In this document: piece after piece, positions 56,252 through 64,000 of the stretch | How positions within the stretch are numbered: position 1 is the first letter of the stretch | Layout: each line of letters begins with the position of its first letter | NCBI GenBank assembly: GCA_963822965.1 | Contig: CAWGJT010000009.1 | Location: 64,001-128,000 of the forward strand | Source: an uncultured delta proteobacterium | GTDB taxonomy: Bacteria; Myxococcota_A; UBA9160; UBA4427 | Reading direction: 5' to 3' | Length of the DNA stretch: 64,000 nucleotides | The notes under the pieces: model-generated | Seen by the model: only the letters and a program-made list of their open reading frames with translations | Database searches by the model: none | What the model was told of the DNA's origin: nothing | Translations under genes and position numbers: made by a program

Positions 56252-57168
56252 CTGCCGTTCCTCGCCGCTGTCTCTCCCGTTTCGCCAGCCCGCCCTTCGG
56301 CGAGCTCCCGGAGGAGAGTTGAAAGGTCCTCGTATCGTTTCTCGCAGGGCGCGCCGTCTGCGTAGAGCAGGCGACTCGCCCGTTCGTCCTCGTGCAGCTC
56401 CAACAGGAGCGAGCTGCGTGTCCCGTATGCACCGAGATGCACACAGGTGTCTCCGACTCCGCCACCCCCCGTTCCGTGCTCGACGCACACCCGGCCCAGC
56501 TCCTCCAGCACCGCCTCCGGCGCCAGCGCCGTCACCCCCTCCAGGCGCCTGCGAATCCGCTCCGCCTTCGGCGCGGGCTCCTCGCTGGGATCGACGTTGC
56601 CGATCACGTGCACCCCGGGCTCGAGCTCCCGCAGGCGCGGTCGGTCGCGGTAGACCAGGTGGAAGGCCCGCGCGCGGTCGGCCACGAAGCAGTGAAACGG
56701 GTTGTAGGCCTCCTCGGGCAGCGCCTTCAGCAAGTCCGCCGCCCGAGCCGCCGTCGGCTCGAGCAGCGCGTCCATCACGACCCAGCCGCGGGAGCGACGC
56801 CCGGGGTCCGGGCCCGGGCTTCCCGCGTCTCCGGCTCCAACCGCCATCCGAAGGTTCGTCACCGCTGCGAAGACGCCGTCTGCGTTCAATCCCAGCCAGG
56901 TCCCACCGGCTCGTCGATCGAGAGGCGCCAACACGCGCCGTCCGGCTCTCTCTCCCGCTTCTCCCGCTTCTCTCGCCGTTCCCGCCCGTCCCGAACGCGG
57001 GCCCACGCTCGGACCCCTCACCGTTCCTGCCGCCTCGGCCGTCTCGCCGGTCGTGACGAGCCGAACCGCGGGTCCTTCCGCAGGCCGGTCGTAGTACTCG
57101 TCCCGATTCGCCGCGATGATCAGGGGAACACCCTGTACGCCGCGATGGATGGCGATCAACGTGCACAA
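56248..57168 (-). CDS. NRDE/TANGO2 family protein
   Basis: MCTL..., AANRDEYYDRP, GGTWLG, VTN, RSRG, YNPF, YGTRSS. Confidence 0.9.
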   Translation of the reverse strand: MCTLIAIHRGVQGVPLIIAANRDEYYDRPAEGPAVRLVTTGETAEAAGTVRGPSVGPRSGRAGTAREAGEAGERAGRRVLAPLDRRAGGTWLGLNADGVFAAVTNLRMAVGAGDAGSPGPDPGRRSRGWVVMDALLEPTAARAADLLKALPEEAYNPFHCFVADRARAFHLVYRDRPRLRELEPGVHVIGNVDPSEEPAPKAERIRRRLEGVTALAPEAVLEELGRVCVEHGTGGGGVGDTCVHLGAYGTRSSLLLELHEDERASRLLYADGAPCEKRYEDLSTLLRELAEGRAGETGETAARNGS

Positions 57169-57393
57169 TCGGTGACGTCCGAGCCGCTTGGTCCCCTGAA
57201 GGGCCCCTGAAGGAGGAGCTACCGGAGAAGGCCGCAGAATCTAGCGGACCTCGCTCGTCGGCGCAAGGGAAAGCTGAAAGAATGCGCGGACTTACCGCCG
57301 ATGGCCTGTCCCGCGCCCGGGCGATCCCGCAGGTGGTCGCCAACCTGCGACGCGTTCCCCGCGGGCGACGGGATGGGTCCGAGCGCGTCGCGC

Positions 57394-58737
57394 TCAGGCC
57401 CCCACCAGGCGCAGGGACGGCCGCTCGTCCACGTCGAAGCCCCGGCGCCAGCCTCGTTCGGCGTGGGCCTTCTCGGCCTTGTCGTAGGCCGCCTGACGGC
57501 TCATCTCGAGGCCGTACTGGCCGAACACCTCTCGCAGCTGGTCGTAGTTCTGCTCGATGGTGTGTCGCACCGAGCTGAAGCCGTGCTCCACCGCGTCCGC
57601 CCGCTTCCAGAACGCCAGCGGATTGAGCGCGAAGAACTCGGCCTCCTGCTCCCGCGGCTCGAGCAGCACGATGTCGCCCTGGAAGCGATCGTCGGCCAGG
57701 TAGCGCTGCATGGCGAGCTTCAGCCGGGAGTGGAGCAGGGTCCGCATCACCTGATTGATCACGACCTTGAGGCCCCGATCCGACAGGTAGCGCCCATTGG
57801 CGAAGTAGGGCTGGGCCGCGTCGTCCGAGTTCTCGGTCTCGTTGTAGAACGGCCGGAAGGGGTTGTAACAGACGATCAGGTCGGCCCCCTTCTCGATCGC
57901 AACGTCGATGTTGGCGGTGTTGCGCACGCCGCCGTCCACGTAGTCGACCCCGTTGATCCGGGCCGGCTTGAAGAAGCCCGGCAGCGCGGTCGACGCCTGC
58001 ATGGCCTGGGAGATGGTCACCTCGGCGTTCTCGTCGGCCCCGAAGATCACCCGCTCGGCGGTGTCGAGGTTGCAGGCCGAGAGGAACAGCTGGCGCTGCC
58101 GGCGCCGGTTGAAGGCCCGGAAGTCGTTGGGCATCCCGATCTTCTCGAGACTCCGCCGCATCCAGCGCTCGAGGGACTTGTTGTCAAACAGCCCCGAAGG
58201 AACGTGGTTCGTGAGCGCCGGCACCTCGCGCTTGGGCGAGTTGTGCTCGATCACGCTCATCGCCAGGGCCTCGAACGTCGTGTAGTCCCGTTCCTTGAGG
58301 AACCGCCGGGCCTGATCGCCGACGGACTCGGATAGGGTGGGAAGGCCACGCAGGAAGTCGAACGCGACGCCGGGCAGATAGCTCGCCAGGTCGTAGGCGA
58401 ACTTCGCGGGGCGGCTCACGAACTCGCCGAAGTTCGGGTAGTAGAAGTCGATCGGGCGCAGCTGCTCGAAGCGCTCGCTGGTCCCCTCGAGAACGTGGAC
58501 CATCTCGTCGGGGTCGATGCCTGCGGCGAGCGGAACGGCGAGGACCGCGCCCGCGGAGAGCCCCACGTACATGTCGAAGTCGGCGACACCGCGATCGACG
58601 AAGAAGTCGTTGAGGGCCTTGAGCCCGCCCACCTTGAAGGCGCCCCCGGAGACCGCGCCTCCCGCCAGCACCAGCGCGGTGCGCGGGTTGCGCTTGCGCG
58701 GACGGCCCGTGCTCTTGCGGATCAGGGTGAGTCCCAA
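57394..58737 (-). CDS. Patatin-like phospholipase/esterase
   Basis: LVLAGGAVSGG, GLSAG (GxSxG), ASTALPGFF, YVDGG. Confidence 0.9.
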   Translation of the reverse strand: MGLTLIRKSTGRPRKRNPRTALVLAGGAVSGGAFKVGGLKALNDFFVDRGVADFDMYVGLSAGAVLAVPLAAGIDPDEMVHVLEGTSERFEQLRPIDFYYPNFGEFVSRPAKFAYDLASYLPGVAFDFLRGLPTLSESVGDQARRFLKERDYTTFEALAMSVIEHNSPKREVPALTNHVPSGLFDNKSLERWMRRSLEKIGMPNDFRAFNRRRQRQLFLSACNLDTAERVIFGADENAEVTISQAMQASTALPGFFKPARINGVDYVDGGVRNTANIDVAIEKGADLIVCYNPFRPFYNETENSDDAAQPYFANGRYLSDRGLKVVINQVMRTLLHSRLKLAMQRYLADDRFQGDIVLLEPREQEAEFFALNPLAFWKRADAVEHGFSSVRHTIEQNYDQLREVFGQYGLEMSRQAAYDKAEKAHAERGWRRGFDVDERPSLRLVGA

Positions 58738-59159
58738 GGCGCTTCCTTCCTCGTTCGCGGTCTCATCGGTCTTGCCGCGTCTGTCTCCATCCCATTCGGC
58801 GCGGCAGAGCGTCCGGTTGAATGCGGGCTCACGTCGCCTTCGTCGGCAGCGCTGGATTCGCGCTGCACTGCGTCAGAGTACTTCCGGCGCCGCCGCAAGT
58901 CGAGCCGGAAGATCCGGCTCGAATGACCGCGATCTGCTTCGGTCTCCTTCGATCCTCTCTGATCTCCTTGGGATCTCCTGGGACCTCCTGGGGCTCCGGA
59001 GCGCCCAGACCAGGCTCCTCCCCCCGTGCGTATAGGCGCGGACAGGAGCTCCAGGCCGACTTCCATGGCGCAGCGCGTTGAATCCCTCGGTGTCCAAACC
59101 CGGAGCGAATCCGTAGACTCCCCCTCCGTTCGCGCCCGCAGCCACGGGAGCCCCACCCC

Positions 59160-60179
59160 ATGAACGTCCAGCCCGGAACGAGCCGCTCCGGCGCCCAGAT
59201 CGCGATCCTGTTCGCATTGGCGGCGGTCGCCTTGACCCTGTCCCTCGGCGTCCTTGCCCCCTCGGGGGCCCAGGCCGATCCAGCCGGCGATGCCCAGGCC
59301 GAGGCCCGGATGAAGGCCATGATCGACGAGCAGCTGCGCGTCCAGGCCGCTCTCAGCGAGCGCGCGGAGGACGCGGAGGGAGCGGCTCCGGCCGACCAGA
59401 CCCTGGGCGACGCCGACCCCCGGGTGGCCCCGGGCCCGCCCCAGGAGCGCGAGCTTCCGGCCGCCATCTTCGAACGCGAAGAGGTGTCGATCCCGCGCGG
59501 CACCTGGGGCAACAGCCGCACCCTGAAGCTGGTGAAGCTGACCCTCGACGCCGACGGCAACGGCAAGCCGGAGCTCACGCGCTACATCGATCGCGAGTCG
59601 AAGCTGCAGATCCGGCGGGAGGAGGATCGCAACTACGACGGCGTCACCGACGCGTGGAGCGACTACGAGTGGGGCGGCATCGTGGCGCGGGTCCTCGACA
59701 GCAACGACGACGGCAACCCCGATGCCTGGGAGCGCTACGAGGGCGGACGCATGACGTCTCGCGAGGTGGACCGCGACGACGACGGCGTGCGCGACGCCTT
59801 CTACCGCTACGAGGGCGACTCGCTGGTCGAGGAACGCCACGACCGCAACAACGACGGCAAGATCGATCGCATCATCCTCTACGAGAACCGGCTGCGGGTG
59901 AGCGCCGAGGAGGACCAGGACGTGGACGGCCGCATGGACACCTGGACCACCTACGTTCCCGTCGGCGGCCACGAGGTGATCCAGCGGATCGAGCGCGACG
60001 AACGTGGGGAGGGCACCGTCACCCAGGTCGAGGTCTTCGACACCTCGACCGGAGAGGCCGTGATCTCCCGCAAGGACGAGGACGTGAACGGAGACGGCGA
60101 GGTGGACGTGGTCTCGATCTACCAGGCAGGCCGTCTCGTGCGCCGCGAGATCTCCGACCCCTCGCTGGTCGAGCTCTAG
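59160..60179 (+). CDS. Secreted protein with tandem DxDxDG (Ca-binding-like) repeats
   Basis: Signal peptide (...GAQA); about eight repeats such as DADGNG, DRNYDG, DSNDDG, DRDDDG, DRNNDG, DQDVDG, DVNGDG. Confidence 0.75.
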   Translation: MNVQPGTSRSGAQIAILFALAAVALTLSLGVLAPSGAQADPAGDAQAEARMKAMIDEQLRVQAALSERAEDAEGAAPADQTLGDADPRVAPGPPQERELPAAIFEREEVSIPRGTWGNSRTLKLVKLTLDADGNGKPELTRYIDRESKLQIRREEDRNYDGVTDAWSDYEWGGIVARVLDSNDDGNPDAWERYEGGRMTSREVDRDDDGVRDAFYRYEGDSLVEERHDRNNDGKIDRIILYENRLRVSAEEDQDVDGRMDTWTTYVPVGGHEVIQRIERDERGEGTVTQVEVFDTSTGEAVISRKDEDVNGDGEVDVVSIYQAGRLVRREISDPSLVEL

Positions 60180-60209
60180 GGGAGCTCGAGCACCCGTACC
60201 GGCACCTGG

Positions 60210-61709
60210 CTAGGGGCGGCTCGGTGCGGTCGTCCCCGACGAGGGATCGGGAGGCGCGCTCTCGTCCCCGCTCTCGCCGGCGGCGGGCTTGGTCTCCTCG
60301 TCCGCCTCGATCACGACCTTCTTCTGCTGGCGCTCGCGGAACGCCTGGATGCGCTTGCGCTCGATCAGCCGCAGCAGCTCCTGGTTGCGCTTCTTGATGC
60401 GTTCCAGCTCCAGGGCCAGCTCGCGCTCGGAGAGCCCCGACTTCTCGAACTGGAGATCGAGCTCGACGCTGCGCTCACCACCGTCCGAGGCCAGCGCCGT
60501 GACCTGCACGCGGTTGGCCCCTTCCTTGACGGGAACGAAGGCCGAGAACGATCCGTCGGGCGAGAGCTGCACGTCGTAGGAGATCTCGCTCGTGGTCAGG
60601 TTGGTGATCACCACGTCGTCGATGTTGGCGAACGACACGCCCTGCAGGAAGGAGACGATGTCGCCCGGATTCCGGACGGGCGTATAGGTCCCCGTCGTGA
60701 GCCGCGCCATCTCGGTCACGGCCACGGGCTTGGCGAGCGCGTGACGCCCGAGCGCGTAGGTGTTGATGGTGATGCCCGCCTTGCGCGCCAGGCGCGCAGC
60801 GTTGATCGCCACCTCCGTGTCCTCCGGGTCGTCGACCAGACCCTTGCCGAACGGGAAGGTCGGCACCCCGTCCGTCAGGAAGAGCACCACCTTCTTCGCC
60901 CCCTCGCGGCGCTCGCTCTTCGCGCCGGGCAGGCCCGCCAGCTCGACCACCGAGAGCTGTACGGCGGCCGCGTAGTCGGTGGCGCCGTGGGGCCCCGTCT
61001 GCATGACGTGGTCGAGGGTGCGGTAGACGGCGTCGAAGTCGTCCGTGAGCGGAATCTCCACCCAGGCGTCCTTCTGGTCGCGGCTCACCTGCATGCCCGT
61101 CTCGAGATCGACCTCCCCCGAGAAGGCCACGACGCCCAGGCGCGTTCGTCCCGCGCTGAGCACACGCACGAGATAGCGGGCGGCCTGGACCTCCGCGGCG
61201 AGGATCGTGTCCTCGGGATCCGAGCAGACCATCTCGTCCGGATAGGTGCCCGGCGCGACGAGCTCGTCATGCGGGTCGAACCCGACCTCACCGTCCTGGT
61301 CGACGTCGATGCCGCTCGGATAGCGGGTGGAGTGGGAGACGTCGAGCACCAGGAGCACGTCGAAGTCGACGGGCTCGCCGCTGCCCGAGCGCGCGGCCCC
61401 CCGCACGGGCGCCATGTGCACCCGGTTCTTGACCACCTCGCCGGGCTTGGGCGACGCGATCTCGATGTTGACGCCGGCGGGCGGCCGTTCCGTCACCGAG
61501 GAGGCCGCCGCCGCCGGAAGGGCGGGCACGACGAGCGCGGTGCCGACCACGACGAGCGCGGTACCGACCACGACGAGCAACGTGGCGGGCACGACGAGCA
61601 ACGTGGCGGGCAAGACGGGCGCAGCGGCGAGCACGACGGCTCGCAGCAGCCGGCGCGACCGCTCGCACGGTTCGATTCGCAAGAGGACCCCCAGAAAGCG
61701 AACGCGCAT
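60210..61709 (-). CDS. Secreted VWA-domain protein
   Basis: Signal peptide, MIDAS motif DVSHS, FLTDG, C-terminal Ig-like segment and coiled coil. Confidence 0.82.
   Translation of the reverse strand: MRVRFLGVLLRIEPCERSRRLLRAVVLAAAPVLPATLLVVPATLLVVVGTALVVVGTALVVPALPAAAASSVTERPPAGVNIEIASPKPGEVVKNRVHMAPVRGAARSGSGEPVDFDVLLVLDVSHSTRYPSGIDVDQDGEVGFDPHDELVAPGTYPDEMVCSDPEDTILAAEVQAARYLVRVLSAGRTRLGVVAFSGEVDLETGMQVSRDQKDAWVEIPLTDDFDAVYRTLDHVMQTGPHGATDYAAAVQLSVVELAGLPGAKSERREGAKKVVLFLTDGVPTFPFGKGLVDDPEDTEVAINAARLARKAGITINTYALGRHALAKPVAVTEMARLTTGTYTPVRNPGDIVSFLQGVSFANIDDVVITNLTTSEISYDVQLSPDGSFSAFVPVKEGANRVQVTALASDGGERSVELDLQFEKSGLSERELALELERIKKRNQELLRLIERKRIQAFRERQQKKVVIEADEETKPAAGESGDESAPPDPSSGTTAPSRP
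61527..61610. repeat. Four 21-bp tandem units inside the VWA signal peptide
   Basis: CACGACGAGCGCGGTGCCGAC, CACGACGAGCGCGGTACCGAC, then CACGACGAGCAACGTGGCGGG twice. Confidence 0.9.
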
Positions 61710-61730
61710 TATATGACAGGATGCGCGCCG

Positions 61731-62786
61731 CTACGGTTCGGGGTCGGGCCCGCCCAGCGGCTCCTGCAGGGGCGCCTCGTGGAAGCGATCGATGCGCGTG
61801 AGACGCTGCGCGATGCGCGTCAGCGCCTCGAGGCTCACGTCGCCCACGACCTGCAGGCTGAGAGGCGAGCAGCGCAGCAGGCTGTCGGTCTCGCGACCCG
61901 CATAGCGGCCGGGAACCTCGTCGCCTCCGAAGCGGGGATCCGAGATCATCACCGTTCGGCGCAGGCCCTGCTCGATGAACTCCACGTGGCTTCCGTCCAC
62001 GGACTCGACCCGCGCGTTCGGCGCGAAGTACGCGCTGCGGCCGAGCACCGCGGCCGCCTCCCAGAAGAACTCCCGATAGATCGGGTGCGACCGCAGGTCG
62101 CGGGCGATGGCCAGGTCGACGTCGGCCACCTGCTGGAAGAAGACGGCGAGGCGGATGCGCTGGAAGGCGCCGTCCCGCGCCATGCGGGTGGCCAGCGCCC
62201 GGCTGCCCGGAAACTCCGCCCCCGGGCGGAGGGCGGGAAGCTCGTCCCCGTCCAGGAAGACCACCATCAACGTGTAGGGCTTTGGCCGATTCGAGAGCGC
62301 CCGGGCCAGCTCGAGCACCAGGGCTGGTCCCGAGGCGCTGGCGTTCGCGCCGACGAACTCGAGGTCCGGAATGGCCCGGGTGTCGTAGGCGGCCGCCAGC
62401 AGGAATCGGTCCTGGGAATCGCCCGGGATCACGCCCACCACGTGCACGGCCGTCCGGGGCTCGTCGTCCCCCGCCTCCGAATCCGCAGGCCCGGGCAGGG
62501 GAGAGCGGATCTCGGTCACCTCCGCCCCGATGGCGCGAAGCTGGGTCTCGAGATAGCGCCGGGCCCGGGCGGCGCCCCGGGTTCCGGTCTGGCGGGGGCC
62601 GATCTCGACCAGCGCTTGGAGATGCCTCCAGGCGTTCCCCGCGTAGAAGCGGGTCGGATCGACAGGGGCCGGCGCCGGAAAGGGCCGGTCGGCGGCAGTC
62701 CCGGGCGGCTCGGATTCGCACGCCAGCAGCACCAGGGCGAGTACCAGCAGGAGACCCGTCGTCGCGCTTCCCACGACCCGCCGCAT
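61731..62786 (-). CDS. M28 family (glutaminyl cyclase/aminopeptidase-like) lipoprotein with degenerate metal ligands
   Basis: Lipobox LLAC; IGPRQTGT, AAAYDTR, GANASASG, LLELAR-like VLELAR, FLDGDE. Confidence 0.75.
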   Translation of the reverse strand: MRRVVGSATTGLLLVLALVLLACESEPPGTAADRPFPAPAPVDPTRFYAGNAWRHLQALVEIGPRQTGTRGAARARRYLETQLRAIGAEVTEIRSPLPGPADSEAGDDEPRTAVHVVGVIPGDSQDRFLLAAAYDTRAIPDLEFVGANASASGPALVLELARALSNRPKPYTLMVVFLDGDELPALRPGAEFPGSRALATRMARDGAFQRIRLAVFFQQVADVDLAIARDLRSHPIYREFFWEAAAVLGRSAYFAPNARVESVDGSHVEFIEQGLRRTVMISDPRFGGDEVPGRYAGRETDSLLRCSPLSLQVVGDVSLEALTRIAQRLTRIDRFHEAPLQEPLGGPDPEP

Positions 62787-63071
62787 TCGGGCTCCTCTGC
62801 GCCAGAGGCCCACCCCCTCGGGGGGCCTGCCACACGGCTGCGCAAGAATCTTCGCATGGTGCTGACACATCGCAGGGGTCACAGCCACTTCCAGGAGTGA
62901 GAGGCCCGCTCCTCGCGGGGCTTTTCGAAAGTAGACGGCAGGGCCCCGCCCCGGGGCCCTGTCATCTCTCCTCTCGCGAGACCGACCGGCCCCGAAGCGA
63001 TTCCACGCCACCCCACCCGGTCCCTCGAGCACGCCCCTTCCCCGCCCGGTCCCGCGCGGAGCCAGCTCCCC

Positions 63072-64000
63072 TTGTCACACATCACGAGCGCGGCGCTCTC
63101 GGGCGTCGACGGCCGGGCCGTCGAGATCGAGGTGCAGATCGGCTCCCAGCTTCCCCGGGTCGACGTCGTGGGGCTCCCCGAGGCGGCGGTGCGCGAGAGC
63201 GCGGCGCGGGTGCGCGCGGCCATCGTGTCCGTCGGGCACAAGTTTCCCCAGCGCCAGATCACGGTGAACCTGGCGCCCGCGGAGCTGCGCAAGAGCGGCG
63301 CGGCGCTCGACCTCCCCATCGCCATCGGCATCCTCGCTGCCGGCGCCGCCGTTCCGAACGACCGCTTGCGAGGTCTCGCCCTGATCGGGGAGCTCGCGCT
63401 CGACGGTCGCCTGCGAGGCGTGCGGGGCGCGTTGGCGCTGGTGATCGCCTGCCGCGACGCCGGCTGCCGGCGCGTGGTGGTGCCCGACGCGAACGGACGC
63501 GAGGCGGCGCTCGCCCCGGGAATCGAGGTGTTCGGAGCGGCCAGTCTGCGAGCAGTTCTCGGGCACATCACGGGCACCCAGAGGCTAGCGGCCGTCGAGG
63601 GCTCGCGAACATTCGGTGTCCCGATGGACGAAGGCGAGCCCTGCCTGCGCGACGTTCGCGGGCAGCAAGGCGGCAAGCGCGCGCTCGAGATCGCGGCCGC
63701 CGGCGGCCACGGCGTGCTGCTGTGCGGCCCGCCGGGCTCCGGAAAGACGATGCTCGCGCGCCGGCTGCCCTCGCTGCTGCCGCCGCTGGGCTTCGAGGAA
63801 GCGCTCGAGGCGACTCGGATCCACAGCGCGGCGGGTCGGCTGGACGAACGCCACCCCTTCGTCGGCCGGCGCCCCTTCCGAGCCCCGCACCACAGCGCGA
63901 GCCCCGCCGGGTTGCTGGGTGGCGGCAACCCGCCGCGCCCCGGCGAGGTCTCCCTCGCCCATCGCGGGGTGCTGTTCCTCGACGAGCTTCCGGAGTTCGA
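63072..64000 (+). CDS. comM: YifB/ComM Mg-chelatase-like AAA+ ATPase, truncated by the window edge (not in the ORF track)
   Basis: VVGLPEAAVRES, VNLAPAELRK, DLPIA, GELALDG, GPPGSGKT, PFRAPHH, PGEVSLAHRGVLFLDELPEF. Confidence 0.93.
   Translation, partial: MSHITSAALSGVDGRAVEIEVQIGSQLPRVDVVGLPEAAVRESAARVRAAIVSVGHKFPQRQITVNLAPAELRKSGAALDLPIAIGILAAGAAVPNDRLRGLALIGELALDGRLRGVRGALALVIACRDAGCRRVVVPDANGREAALAPGIEVFGAASLRAVLGHITGTQRLAAVEGSRTFGVPMDEGEPCLRDVRGQQGGKRALEIAAAGGHGVLLCGPPGSGKTMLARRLPSLLPPLGFEEALEATRIHSAAGRLDERHPFVGRRPFRAPHHSASPAGLLGGGNPPRPGEVSLAHRGVLFLDELPEF

Overview
A very GC-rich (about 70% or more by eye) bacterial chromosomal segment. The gene content fits a Myxococcota/deltaproteobacterium-like organism (inference only). 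No tRNA, rRNA, CRISPR array, prophage or transposase was seen. Left part (1-24.5 kb, plus 31.9-33.4 kb): a large cell-envelope glycosylation locus with about eight GT-C-fold membrane glycosyltransferases, including an STT3/AglB-like enzyme whose WWD acceptor-binding motif is replaced by HPN. It also has five GT2 enzymes, a flippase-like protein, an NDP-sugar oxidoreductase/aminotransferase pair, a Thr-type sulfatase-like protein, a methyltransferase and a 159-bp MITE. Middle and right parts: mostly housekeeping and metabolic genes (DUF3604, nhaA, uvrD/pcrA, glmS, glmU, hflX, fabH-like, phasin-like, glutaryl-CoA dehydrogenase-like, F420-dependent reductase, murQ, mutS2, GH20, MFS, folC, patatin, comM). 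Oddities here are a GH36-HAD phosphatase fusion, a candidate sigma54/IHF-driven small RNA, a GGA-repeat element, an NRDE plus small Cys-rich protein operon, and a Zn-ligand-deficient M28 peptidase. Many genes, including essential ones, are split by single-base indels that look like sequencing or consensus errors, so coordinates of frameshifted genes are reconstructed and approximate.
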